Source: Elusimicrobiota bacterium
Lineage (GTDB): Bacteria > Elusimicrobiota > Elusimicrobia > UBA1565 > JACRDR01
DNA: 64,000 bases
Direction: 5' to 3'
Assembly (NCBI GenBank): GCA_041694815.1
Contig: JBGFSC010000047.1
Coordinates: 1 to 64,000, forward strand
Part shown: positions 8,723 to 18,328 of the stretch, piece by piece
Layout of the letters: every line of letters begins with the position of its first letter
Position numbering within the stretch: position 1 is the stretch's first letter
Notes under the pieces: generated by a model
The model's input: only the letters and a program-made list of their open reading frames with translations
The model's database searches: none
Told to the model about the DNA's origin: nothing
Made by a program: the position numbers and the translations under genes

Positions 8723-9654
8723 AATCTAACGCCCATCGTGATGCGATGGGTGTCGCCCAAGTTCCCGAAGGGGAGGAAGGCGTAGTCGAAGGTGAAACGC
8801 TCGAGCTTGATTCCCATGCCGAAGCCGGCGCCTACCAAGCGGCTGCCCAATTGATCCTGGCCGCGGCCGAACTGGTAGCCGGCCCGCACGGCCACGGCGG
8901 GATGCACCCAGAATTCGGTGCCGAAATCCCAATAGGAACGCTGGTCGATGGCCAGCCAGTCGAAGTCGGTGGCCAGGGCCAGCCGACGGTTGAAAAGCCT
9001 ATAGGCCAAGCCGCCCTTGAAGGTCAGGGGCAAGGGGTCCGGGCCGATCTTGGTCCCTAGGTTGAGCATGGTGAAGCCGGCGTCGAGGTTCTCGATCGGC
9101 GTATGGTAGAGGGCTCCCGCGTCGACGGCCATCGCGTTGCCGCTGAAGGAATCGAGCGTCTCGCGGATGTACTTGAGGCTTCCGCCCACGGAGAGGGACT
9201 CCCGGATGGGCTTCGCATAGGAGAAGTTCAGGGCGAAGTTGTTGTTGTTGAACGTCGAGTCGGGCGTCGCCGTGTCTCCCGCGCGCTTTTCGATATTGGA
9301 GATCATCAGGTAGTTAAGACCCGCCGCCAAGGTGCCCATCCCTTCCTGCAGGGGATGCGCATAGGCGATGAATCCCTGGTTCTGGTCTTGGAACAGGGAA
9401 TTGTAGCTTAAGGTCGCGTTGCGCTCCTTGACCATGCCCAGGGCCCCGGGGTTCCAGTTGATGGCGTTGGCATCGTCGGCCAAGGCCGAGAAGGCGCTGC
9501 CCATCGCCAAGGGACGCGCCCCCACTCCAACCTTGAGGAATTGCGCGCCGGTCGTTCCCACGCCTGCGGCATGGGCCGCGCTCGCCGCGATGGCCGCGGC
9601 GGCCGCCAGGATGCAGCTCTTAAGAGATTTCGCGCTCATGAATTTATTCTCCAT
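8719..9654 (-). CDS. PorV/PorQ-family outer-membrane beta-barrel
   Basis: Signal peptide; AQFLK.GVGAR..AMG.AF.A.ADD..A..WNP.AL; DYAF.P.G.LG.THRI; terminal Phe. Confidence 0.85.
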   Translation of the reverse strand: MENKFMSAKSLKSCILAAAAAIAASAAHAAGVGTTGAQFLKVGVGARPLAMGSAFSALADDANAINWNPGALGMVKERNATLSYNSLFQDQNQGFIAYAHPLQEGMGTLAAGLNYLMISNIEKRAGDTATPDSTFNNNNFALNFSYAKPIRESLSVGGSLKYIRETLDSFSGNAMAVDAGALYHTPIENLDAGFTMLNLGTKIGPDPLPLTFKGGLAYRLFNRRLALATDFDWLAIDQRSYWDFGTEFWVHPAVAVRAGYQFGRGQDQLGSRLVGAGFGMGIKLERFTFDYAFLPFGNLGDTHRITMGVRF

Positions 9655-9668
9655 GGAAATGGCCCCCG

Positions 9669-12600
9669 CTATTTAATCACGGCCATCTTAAAGGTGCCGT
9701 CCTTGGCCTTGGTGCCCGGCACCGAGAGCACGCCGTAGTACACGCCGTTGGCCACGGTTTTGCCGGTACGGTTGGTTCCGTCCCAGGAGGTGTAGTAGGT
9801 CGCCCCGCCGGTCTGATCGCCCTGGTCGAGCTCCCTGACCAGTTCCCCGTTGATCGTATAGATCCGGATATAGACGCGCCCGCTGATTCCCGGAGGCAGC
9901 TGGTACTTGATCATGGTGCCGTTAATCGTCTGAACCGCCGGATTCGTCCCCGGATCGGCCAGGGTGACCGACTTCGAGTTCAAGTTGAACGGATTCGGGA
10001 AGTTGTAAACCTTGAGCGTCGTTCCCGTATAGCTGCCGCCCACCAGCGACACCCGCATGATCGCGAAGGCGCCCGAGTCGACGACGGCCATCGGGCGATA
10101 CGTCGCGTTCGGGCGGTAGCCTCCCTTGCCGGTATTCTGGGCCAGCATGGGATGGCCGTTCTTAAGGCCCAGCACGCTCGAGAGCGACTTGAGCTTCTTG
10201 ACCTTGATCGTCCCCTTGACGGGGTCGAGGGTTTGCAGCCCCGGCACCATCTCCCACTTGTTGGTGGCGGTGTTGTAATGGTGCAGGGCCACGTCGCCCG
10301 AGACGTACTTATCCTTGTCGTAGGCCAAGGTGAGGTCGATCCCCTTCTGCGTATAGTTCACGCTCGAGAAGGCGATCTGGAACACCCCGCTCAGGAAAGA
10401 GGCCTGGCCGTTGCCCGCGTTGACCATCGCGGTCGCCGTCGACGCGCCGAGATCGAGCTTGGTGAACTCCACGGCGGGAATCGCGGTATTGGAGCTCGCG
10501 ATCATCGAGCCCGCGGGCAGCACGATCGCCGACGGGTCACTACCTCCATTGTCGAGCAGGGCCTCGTTGCCCTTGCGACCTAGCGAGTCCGGCGTGTCGT
10601 CGCCGATGATCTTGTCATCGATGTCCTGGGTCACATGCGCCTTCTTGGACAGGTTAAAGACCAGATCCTTGACCGTATCCGCGACTCCCGTCGTATTGCC
10701 GCGCTTGATCGCCTCGATATGCAGCGTGCAGTCGCTGGCCGCGCAGGCCGTCAGGGACGCGAGCGGGTATTTCAACACCAGGCGGGAATTGCCGAACTCG
10801 TCGCCCGGCATTTCCTGGAAAGCATCGCTGACCTCCGTCGATTGGTTCACGACGAAGGGGGAGGGACCGATCCATACCCGCCCATCCTTGTAGGCCGTCG
10901 AGGAGTAGATGATCGTGAACTCGTAGTTGAGCCCGTCCAGCGAGGCGTTGCCGAAGGACTGCAGCTGCAGCGGCTTCGACTTGATGTCGAAGTCGATGCC
11001 GGAGACGATTCCGGCGACGGTCAAGGTGGACTTGCTCTCGATCCACTTGCCCGGGGCCTTCACGAATATCTTGTAGGTGACCCCGGTCTCGAGCCCCTCG
11101 AGGGCGTAGGTTCCGCTCGAGCTGGTGACCGTCCGGACGATGTCGAGCACGGAGTTGGCGTCATTGGCGTTCTGCGTGTCGTTGTAGGCGAACACGTGCA
11201 CGCCCGCGGGGGTCTTCGGCGGCCAGCGCTGCAGGTACACCGTGCCCCGGATCGAGGAGCCCGATCGCTTGAGCGAGAAGTTCTGCGTGAAGGTGCTCGT
11301 ACCGCTGATGTCGATCTCCTGCCTGGCCGTGACGTAGCCGGAGGCGGTCACCTTGATCTTGTAGGTGCCCGGGGGCAGGCCCTCGAACTTGTACGTTCCC
11401 GTGGCGTCCGTCGTCACGGGGTTCTTCTTGAAGCCGTCGACCGCAATCGAAACCTGCGCGTTGGGGATCGCGACGGGGGTCGCGTCCGTGCTGCGCACGA
11501 CTCCTGTCAAAGTCGCCCCGCTGCCCACGAGCTGGTCCAGGTTGAAGTCGAGCGTCGTGGTGGTGTTGGCTGCGCCTAACGTGACCGAGGTCGTGTACGG
11601 CGGGTAGTTGGGCGTCGCGATGACGGCCGTATACTTCTTGCCGGGGGTCAGGCCGCGGATCTCGTAGGCCCAGGCCGTGCCGGCGGAGGAGTCATAACAC
11701 GGACCTCCGGAACCGAACACCGAGTTGAACTTCGTCCAGTCGCCTGCGGCGATCGCCTGATCGAACACGTCCATGACCAACGTGCCCGGAGGGTAGTTCC
11801 CGCCGGCCGGTTGATTGAAACAGCTAGGAGTCGGCGTCACCAGACCCGCGGCGTTGAGCGTATCGCTGGAGTCGGATAAGGTCACGACGGGGATGAACTT
11901 GATGAAGTTCTGGAAGTTCCCGCCCAATCCTTGGAAGTCCACCTGGCGCAGTATGTTCTGGCCGAACACATTGCCCTTGAGCCTCGCGTGCGTGTCGTTG
12001 AACTGGCTGACCGGCGGGGTCATGTCCACATGCTGTACGGTGATGCTGGAGAATTGGGCCGGGTCGAAATAGGGAACGGCCGAGACCAACCCTTGGTCGA
12101 CTTTGAAGTTGAAGGTCGAATGCAGGATAACGAAGTACGGGCGCATCCCGCTGTTGCCGTGATCGTCGAACTTGCCCGCTCTCAAGAGACGGAAGTCGAA
12201 GGCGTTCGGAGAAGGCACCCGCTTGACGCAGAAGCCCGGCTGGGTCGTGTGGCAGGGGCCGTCGCTGCCGGGGTTGGGGATATACTCAAACTCAGCATCC
12301 TCCTCATCATGCACCAGCATGCTGGCGATTCGCTCCAAGCCGAAGACAGAGCCGGCAGGCAGGGGCTTGACCACCCAGCGCTCGGGCGGACAATTCCACC
12401 CGTTTTGCCCGGTGCAATCGTAGGTAGGCAACGGCGCGACCTTAGTCAAGTCCATGCTCATTTTCAGAGCTACGCCGTGAACGACATTGCTGTCCTGCAC
12501 GGTGTCCCTACCGGCATAGATCGTCGCCTTGGCAGGCGTGGTCGGATTGGCATAAGGGAAATTACCCCAGCCTTGAACTCGTATCTTATAGGTGCCCGGC

Positions 12601-14648
12601 AACAAACCGCCGATCGCGTAACTTCCGTCCTGATTGACCTGTCCCCATCCCCAACCGGCTCCCTCGCTGTTGAGATTGATGTTGGCCTGGGCTCCGCCCT
12701 GACTGAAGGTCGGCAGGAATAAGACGTTACCCGGCTTGTACAGTTTGCCTACCAGCCGCCCCGCAGGCGCGAAGGTGATGTCGCGATGTACGGTGCCGGT
12801 GCTATCGAGCTTCACCTGGTCGCTGCCTCCGCCGTGAGTCCTGACCTGTCCCCAATAATTGGAGGTGACGTTCATCCAATAATTTCGTCCCGTCGAAACA
12901 TTAATGGAATAAGGAATGGTCACCTTAGTGGAGTTGAACGTCCAACTGGGACTATTCGGCGCCGCGTCGATCACGGTGAAGCCGCCGCCCGTGCAAGGGC
13001 CCCCGCTACCCCCCGGGCCGCAATTGGGCTGCAGGGTAATATTGATTGGGTCGTTGCGCAAATCCGGCGCCGCCCCGTTGACGAGCGGAAAGGTTAGCGT
13101 GCCCTTCACCAGCCCGACCAAGCTCTGGGTGGAGACATTAACGATTATGGTGATAGACGAGAGATTGACCTGCAACGCCGTGCCGCTCCCGTTGAACACG
13201 GTCCACAGCCCGGTGGTCGTCGAGAGGGTGAGGCGATAATCGTCGGTGATGCAGGAGTCGCAGGGGTTGTTTACGTTCGATTGCTGCCAGCATTGCTTCC
13301 GGTCGGGGCCAGAGTTGAAGGAATCGCCCATTCCGTTTTGGGAAAACTGGGTCCAGGCCTGGATCTGGTAATTGCCCGATGGCAGATTGCTGATCAGGGC
13401 GTAGCCCGTGGTCGCCTGCACATTGGCCTGCGCGATGCCGGGGCTCGATACCCGCACGCTGCATTGGCCTCCCTGTCCCCACTGATTCCAGTCCGGCCAA
13501 AGCCCGACGCCGGCCTGCGGTATAGGAAAGCCGGTGTTGCTCTTGATGTACACCGCCAGCTTGCCGCTGCCTCCGGTCGAGGCCTTGAGCTTGATCTGCC
13601 GGCTTATCGGAGAGCCGGTATAGAGGAAGTCGTTTTCGCCGGGAGCGTTTCCGTAAACGGTGACCGTACTGGTAGCGCCCTCGTAGCAGGTGCTGGTGCG
13701 CCAGTCGCAGGCGCCGAATATCTTAGCGTAGTACGTCGTGCCAAGCTCTAACCCATAAAACTGGAACCGGCCGTTTTCGTCGGCGTGGCTCCAAAGGTTG
13801 CTATTGCAGCCCGTCTGGCAGTACTGGTCTTTGCGCTTGTACTCGAAGTTGACGCCGACATTGGCGATCGGCTTATTCGTAGCGTTGTCCAGAAGGATCC
13901 CATCGTAGCTCAAGGAGCCACCGGCGCCGGTGGTGGCATCCGCGCTGACCGACCGCTGAGGCGGCGGGGCACCGTTGAAATCAAAGGGTCCAGCATAGCT
14001 GATCACCGTCTGATAGGCCGCGAGGGTCTGGTCCACCATGGTCCCGACCCCGGCCCCGCCCTCCCCTTTGTTCGGATCAAATATCCCGATCGTGTAAGTA
14101 AAGGAGGACGCGAAAGGCACGTTGAAAATCCGTATGGTCCCGTTGCCACCAGAGGTGGTCCCGACGCCGAAGGCGACGCTTTGCGCGTCGCTTCCGTCCG
14201 TGAAGCGCACGTCGCCGAAAAGGAGGGATGACGCCGCGTTCGTGACCGTAAGGTTGACCTCGCCGACCTTAGGTGCCGTCGCGGAGCTTAGGACGATGTT
14301 GACCGGCGAGGGAGTGCCGGTGGCCTGGACGAATTTACGGGCCGGGCTGTCGAATTGCTCGCGGATCGAGGGCAGGAAACCGTTGCTCGAGACGAACACC
14401 TCATAACCCAGCCCCGAATTCAAAGTCGTGCCGCCCGTGAAGGTGGCCACGCCGCTGGCGTTGGTCGCCGCGATGAACTTGGAAGCGCTCGGGTCCGGAC
14501 CGAAGGTGGAGAAGTGAATGGCGCAGACTTGCACGCCCGCGAGCGGGACGCCGAACTCGTTTTTGACGTTGACCGTTAAATCGACCGCCTTAGCCCGCGT
14601 CACCCCGAAAAACAACAAAAGCCCGGCCAGCTTCAAGACACGTTTCAT
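9669..14648 (-). CDS. 1659-aa secreted surface protein with carboxypeptidase-regulatory-like beta-sandwich repeats and a T9SS type A/FlgD-Ig-like C-terminal domain
   Basis: Signal peptide; repeats such as TTDATGTYKFEGLPPGTYKIKV; C-terminus VYNFPNPF...IYTINGELVREL...WDG.N..G..VANGVY...KMAVIK; GGGAGG SD. Confidence 0.85.
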   Translation of the reverse strand: MKRVLKLAGLLLFFGVTRAKAVDLTVNVKNEFGVPLAGVQVCAIHFSTFGPDPSASKFIAATNASGVATFTGGTTLNSGLGYEVFVSSNGFLPSIREQFDSPARKFVQATGTPSPVNIVLSSATAPKVGEVNLTVTNAASSLLFGDVRFTDGSDAQSVAFGVGTTSGGNGTIRIFNVPFASSFTYTIGIFDPNKGEGGAGVGTMVDQTLAAYQTVISYAGPFDFNGAPPPQRSVSADATTGAGGSLSYDGILLDNATNKPIANVGVNFEYKRKDQYCQTGCNSNLWSHADENGRFQFYGLELGTTYYAKIFGACDWRTSTCYEGATSTVTVYGNAPGENDFLYTGSPISRQIKLKASTGGSGKLAVYIKSNTGFPIPQAGVGLWPDWNQWGQGGQCSVRVSSPGIAQANVQATTGYALISNLPSGNYQIQAWTQFSQNGMGDSFNSGPDRKQCWQQSNVNNPCDSCITDDYRLTLSTTTGLWTVFNGSGTALQVNLSSITIIVNVSTQSLVGLVKGTLTFPLVNGAAPDLRNDPINITLQPNCGPGGSGGPCTGGGFTVIDAAPNSPSWTFNSTKVTIPYSINVSTGRNYWMNVTSNYWGQVRTHGGGSDQVKLDSTGTVHRDITFAPAGRLVGKLYKPGNVLFLPTFSQGGAQANINLNSEGAGWGWGQVNQDGSYAIGGLLPGTYKIRVQGWGNFPYANPTTPAKATIYAGRDTVQDSNVVHGVALKMSMDLTKVAPLPTYDCTGQNGWNCPPERWVVKPLPAGSVFGLERIASMLVHDEEDAEFEYIPNPGSDGPCHTTQPGFCVKRVPSPNAFDFRLLRAGKFDDHGNSGMRPYFVILHSTFNFKVDQGLVSAVPYFDPAQFSSITVQHVDMTPPVSQFNDTHARLKGNVFGQNILRQVDFQGLGGNFQNFIKFIPVVTLSDSSDTLNAAGLVTPTPSCFNQPAGGNYPPGTLVMDVFDQAIAAGDWTKFNSVFGSGGPCYDSSAGTAWAYEIRGLTPGKKYTAVIATPNYPPYTTSVTLGAANTTTTLDFNLDQLVGSGATLTGVVRSTDATPVAIPNAQVSIAVDGFKKNPVTTDATGTYKFEGLPPGTYKIKVTASGYVTARQEIDISGTSTFTQNFSLKRSGSSIRGTVYLQRWPPKTPAGVHVFAYNDTQNANDANSVLDIVRTVTSSSGTYALEGLETGVTYKIFVKAPGKWIESKSTLTVAGIVSGIDFDIKSKPLQLQSFGNASLDGLNYEFTIIYSSTAYKDGRVWIGPSPFVVNQSTEVSDAFQEMPGDEFGNSRLVLKYPLASLTACAASDCTLHIEAIKRGNTTGVADTVKDLVFNLSKKAHVTQDIDDKIIGDDTPDSLGRKGNEALLDNGGSDPSAIVLPAGSMIASSNTAIPAVEFTKLDLGASTATAMVNAGNGQASFLSGVFQIAFSSVNYTQKGIDLTLAYDKDKYVSGDVALHHYNTATNKWEMVPGLQTLDPVKGTIKVKKLKSLSSVLGLKNGHPMLAQNTGKGGYRPNATYRPMAVVDSGAFAIMRVSLVGGSYTGTTLKVYNFPNPFNLNSKSVTLADPGTNPAVQTINGTMIKYQLPPGISGRVYIRIYTINGELVRELDQGDQTGGATYYTSWDGTNRTGKTVANGVYYGVLSVPGTKAKDGTFKMAVIK

Positions 14649-14710
14649 TTTCTTCCTCCCGGAGTGTTCGGCTCGCGAAATCCGTGTAACGAAATTGTTG
14701 AGACCCGGCG

Positions 14711-14739
14711 TTTATATCATAGGTCCTTTGGCCTGTCAA
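14711..14739 (-). promoter_or_regulatory. Near-consensus sigma70 promoter for the large surface protein gene
   Basis: TTGACA-17 nt-TATAAA on the minus strand, with TG at the extended -10 position. Confidence 0.75.
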
Positions 14740-14844
14740 GAGGTAAATCGAAAGTCCCATTTTCTCGACGGAGAACCGGCGCCCCGCGCGACGCCGCCGC
14801 GCGCGATTTTCCGCGCGCGAGTTTTCGCGGGCCGCGCGCCAATC

Positions 14845-14853
14845 TGCTATCAT
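14845..14853 (+). promoter_or_regulatory. Extended -10 element for tRNA-Ser
   Basis: TGcTATCAT ending 7 nt before the tRNA 5' end. Confidence 0.55.
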
Positions 14854-14860
14854 GACTGTC

Positions 14861-14950
14861 GGAGGGGTGCCAGAGCGGTCGAATGGAGCCCGCTTGAAAC
14901 GGGTCAGGCGCGTGATCCGCGCCTCGGGGGTTCGAATCCCTCCCCCTCCG
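14861..14950 (+). tRNA. tRNA-Ser, anticodon UGA; CCA not encoded
   Basis: Acceptor GGAGGGG/CCCCTCC with discriminator G; anticodon arm GCCCG-CTTGAAA-CGGGT; long variable arm AGGCGCG/CGCGCCT; T arm GGGGG-TTCGAAT-CCCTC. Confidence 0.95.
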
Positions 14951-14956
14951 CCGGTC

Positions 14957-16522
14957 ATGCCGAACAGCCAAGAACATTTCGAGCTGCTGCTGGAGGTGAG
15001 CCGACTGCTCTCCTCCAAGCTCGATTTCCAGGAGCTGCTCGAAACCATCATCAAGCTCTCGGCGCGCGTCGTCAACGCCGAGACGGCGAGCCTGCTGCTC
15101 GTCGACCCGAAGACCGAGGAGCTCTACTTCGACGTGGCGCTCGGCCTGGGCGCCGAGTCCACGCAGCTGAGGCTCAAGATGGGCCAGGGCATCGCGGGGG
15201 GCTGCGCGAAGGATGGGCGCTCGCTTATCATCAATGACGTGCGCCAGGACCCGCGCTGGAGCCCCGCGATAGACCAGTCCTCGGGATTTACGACCCGCTC
15301 GATACTCGCCGCCCCCATGAAGATCAAGGGCAAGGTGATCGGGGTCGTCGAGGCGATCAATCGCGTCGATGGGAATTTCGACGAGGATTCCCTTCGGCTC
15401 TTCGAGGCCTTCGCCTCCCAGGCCGCCGTCGCCATCGAGAACGCCCGCCTGTTCTTCGCGCTCAACGAGGAGAAGGCGCGCCTGGGCACCGTCTTTAGCG
15501 AAATGACCGACGGCGCGGTGCTGGCAGACGACGCGGGACGTATCGTCCTCTCCAACTCGGCGGCCGCCAAGAGCTTCGGCGTCGGCGGCTCGGCCCCCGA
15601 GACTCTCGAGCAGGCCTTCGCGGGCTTCTCGGCCATAAAGCCCCCGCTCGAGGAATTGCTCCGCTCCAGCGAGAGCCTGGTCCAATTTGAGGCGCTGCGG
15701 CCAGCGCCCAAGCAGCTTATCGTGGCTGGAACCGCTTCCACGGTCGCGCTGGAGCGGCGCGGGGTCAAGGGCTCCGGCTCGGGCCGGCTGCTTATCTTCA
15801 GGGACGTGACGGCGCAAAGGCAGGAGGAGGCCTTAAAAAGGAGCTTCCTTTCCTTAATAAGCCATAAACTGAAGACCCCCCTTGCCTCCATCACCGGATA
15901 CTCCCACTTGATCCTCAAGGATTTCAGCGCCAGGGTGCCGGAAATGGTGCTCAAGTCGGTGCAGACCATCGCCTCGCAAGGCGGCCGCCTGGCGACGCAT
16001 ATCGACAAATTGCTGGCCTTCACCGTCCTGGAGGAATTGGACTCAAGCCCCATGCAGTTCGAGCCCGTCGACTGCGACGAGCTCATCCGCCAGGCCGTGG
16101 ATTCGCTGCAGCCCTGGCTCGAGGAGCGCCAGGGCAGGGTGGTGGCGGAGGGCAATTCCGGCCTCACCGCGCGCGGCGACCGCGTCCTGCTGCTCGACGT
16201 GGTCAAGAACCTCATCGAGAACGGGATTAAGTTCTCCAACGAGGGCGACAAGAAGGTGGCCGTTTGGGCCGAGACCCAGGACGGCTTAGTCGCGATCCAC
16301 GTCAAGGACCGGGGGCCGGGCATCCCGCCGGAGGAGCAGGACAAGATCTTCGACAAGTTCTACCAGATCGAGACCCATTTCACCGGGCAGGTGGAGGGAT
16401 GGGGCCTGGGGCTGCCGTTCGTCAAGAAGGTCGTCGAGCGTCACGGCGGCAGCCTCCGGCTGCACTCGAAGCTCGGCGCGGGGACCACGGTCACCGTCAA
16501 GCTCCCGCGGGACGGCTCGTGA
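14957..16522 (+). CDS. Cytoplasmic GAF-PAS-like sensor histidine kinase
   Basis: GAF (GIAG..., SILAAPM, VEAINR, AIENARL); H box SHKLKTPL; N box NLIENGIKF; D.GPGI; G.GLGL. The ORF track start at 14852 lies upstream of the tRNA and is rejected. Confidence 0.9.
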   Translation: MPNSQEHFELLLEVSRLLSSKLDFQELLETIIKLSARVVNAETASLLLVDPKTEELYFDVALGLGAESTQLRLKMGQGIAGGCAKDGRSLIINDVRQDPRWSPAIDQSSGFTTRSILAAPMKIKGKVIGVVEAINRVDGNFDEDSLRLFEAFASQAAVAIENARLFFALNEEKARLGTVFSEMTDGAVLADDAGRIVLSNSAAAKSFGVGGSAPETLEQAFAGFSAIKPPLEELLRSSESLVQFEALRPAPKQLIVAGTASTVALERRGVKGSGSGRLLIFRDVTAQRQEEALKRSFLSLISHKLKTPLASITGYSHLILKDFSARVPEMVLKSVQTIASQGGRLATHIDKLLAFTVLEELDSSPMQFEPVDCDELIRQAVDSLQPWLEERQGRVVAEGNSGLTARGDRVLLLDVVKNLIENGIKFSNEGDKKVAVWAETQDGLVAIHVKDRGPGIPPEEQDKIFDKFYQIETHFTGQVEGWGLGLPFVKKVVERHGGSLRLHSKLGAGTTVTVKLPRDGS

Positions 16523-17916
16523 GCGGCCTGGAGTCGATCCGTCCCGAAGAGTGGCTGCCCCTGCTGACGGGCGCCGAATACGGCGAGGCGTACTTCGAGG
16601 AATCCTCGAGCGCAAGCTTCCATTTCGAGGACGGCCGGCTTCAGGAGCTGGGCTCGGGCTCGGATTCCGGGTGCGGGCTAAGATTCTTGCGGCGAGTTGC
16701 CGACGCCAACGCCTACGAAACCCTGCACGGGAGCATGAACGGCTTGGGCACGCCGGCGGCGCAAGCGCTGGCCCGGCGCCTGCTCGGCTCCCGCGGCCGC
16801 CCGGGGCCCCCGGCCGCTGCGAGCCCGCTGGCGCAGGCGAGGCATCCGGTGTATCGCCCGGCCGATCAGGTGGCGATGGAGTGGAAGGTCGGCCTTCTTG
16901 CGGAGGTCGACTCGGCCGTGCGCTCGGAGTTTCCCCACATCCGCCAAGTCAGCGTAAGCTTGGTGGAGCGCCGCAAAGCCTTCCTCGTGATTAATTCGGA
17001 GGGGGAGTGCCGCAAGGAGGAGCGCTGCGCGACTCTCTTCATCGTGGACGTCACGGCCGAGAAGGATGGCACGCTCCAGTCGGGGCACGAGGTGGCCGGC
17101 GCGATCAAAGGCTACGAGCTCTTCTCCGACGTCCACCCATTGCGCCTGGCCCGCGCGGCGGCCGCGCGGGCCTTGGCCAAGCTCGATTGCCCGCCGGCCA
17201 AGGCCGGCGAGATGCCGGTGGTGCTGTCTAGCTCGGCGGGAGGCACCTTCGTGCACGAGGCCATCGGCCATTCCCTCGAGGCCGACCATGTGCAGGAAGG
17301 CAGCTCGCCGGCCTATAAGGGCATGATCGGTAAGCCCGTGGCCCCGGAATTCCTGCATATCGTCGACGACCCGACGCTGCCCTTCCAACGGGGCTCCTAC
17401 GCTTTCGACGACGAGGGGGTCGCCTCGCGGCCGACCGCCGTCGTCCGAGACGGCGTGCTGCAGGATTACCTCTATGACCGACTCACCGCGCTCAAGGACG
17501 CCAAGGCCTCCAACGGGCATGGGCGGCGCGAGTCCTACCGGCATCGGCCGATCCCGCGCATGTCGAATCTCTACATCCAGCCGGGCTCCGACGATCCCCG
17601 GAAGATCGTCCAGGAGCTCGACCGCGGGCTTCTGGTAACCAAGATGGGCGGCGGACAGGTCAACACGGCCACGGGCGAGTTCGTCTTCGAGGTGGACGAG
17701 GGCTTTTGGGTGGAGAAGGGCAAGATCCGCCACCGCGTGCGCGACGCCAACCTGCTCGGGGTCGGTCCCCAAGCCCTCAAATCCATAGACCGCCTGGGAT
17801 GGGACATAGGTTGGGGCATCGGCACCTGCGGCAAGGAGGGGCAAGGCGTCCCTGTCTCGGACGGGCAGCCGACCCTGCGCATTCCCAAGCTGCTCGTCGG
17901 GGGACGGCATGATTAG
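16519..17916 (+). CDS. tldD: TldD metalloprotease
   Basis: HEAIGH.LEAD, DDPT...GSY.FDDEG, GHGRRESY...P.PRM.N, GTCGK.GQ.VPV..G.PTL; GTGA overlap with the kinase stop. Confidence 0.92.
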   Translation: MSGLESIRPEEWLPLLTGAEYGEAYFEESSSASFHFEDGRLQELGSGSDSGCGLRFLRRVADANAYETLHGSMNGLGTPAAQALARRLLGSRGRPGPPAAASPLAQARHPVYRPADQVAMEWKVGLLAEVDSAVRSEFPHIRQVSVSLVERRKAFLVINSEGECRKEERCATLFIVDVTAEKDGTLQSGHEVAGAIKGYELFSDVHPLRLARAAAARALAKLDCPPAKAGEMPVVLSSSAGGTFVHEAIGHSLEADHVQEGSSPAYKGMIGKPVAPEFLHIVDDPTLPFQRGSYAFDDEGVASRPTAVVRDGVLQDYLYDRLTALKDAKASNGHGRRESYRHRPIPRMSNLYIQPGSDDPRKIVQELDRGLLVTKMGGGQVNTATGEFVFEVDEGFWVEKGKIRHRVRDANLLGVGPQALKSIDRLGWDIGWGIGTCGKEGQGVPVSDGQPTLRIPKLLVGGRHD

Positions 17917-18328
17917 GGCGGCCTGCCTCGCGGCGATTCTATGCGCGCCCTTGCTGGGCATGGGACGGACCCCCAAGGAGAAGGCCATGGAATGGCGTGG
18001 CAGCAATTGCGGAGAAAGCGGCGCGAAGGCCGAGCTGGCGACGACGCGCGCGCAGTGGGACGATCTCTGGCGGCGCATCGGCCAGCCGCCGCCTAAGGCC
18101 GACCTTCGCCGCCACGTGGCGCTGGCCGTTTTTCTCGGCACTCGGCCGACCGGCGGCTGGAGCGTCGAGTTCCTGGACCCGGCGCCGGACGGAGCTCACA
18201 TCGTGCTGCGCTATCGGGCCAAGGGGCCCGGCCCCGGGGATTTCGTGACCCAGGCGCTGACTCAGCCCTGGGCCGTCAGGCTGTACCCGAAATCCGCCTC
18301 GCCGATGCGCGCGGAGGAGGCGCGGTGA
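17909..18328 (+). CDS. PrcB C-terminal-domain-like exported protein
   Basis: VFLG.RPTGG.SV and VTQALT.PW motifs; hydrophobic N-terminus. Confidence 0.75.
   Translation: MIRAACLAAILCAPLLGMGRTPKEKAMEWRGSNCGESGAKAELATTRAQWDDLWRRIGQPPPKADLRRHVALAVFLGTRPTGGWSVEFLDPAPDGAHIVLRYRAKGPGPGDFVTQALTQPWAVRLYPKSASPMRAEEAR

Noticed and set aside
14780..14840. Short CGCGCG(A)TTTTC repeats upstream of the tRNA
   Set aside because: Two or three degenerate low-complexity units; not a CRISPR array or iteron set
14861..14950. Possible selenocysteine or suppressor tRNA because of 'TGA'
   Set aside because: TGA is the anticodon (reads UCA, Ser); tRNA-Sec would have anticodon TCA and an 8-bp acceptor stem
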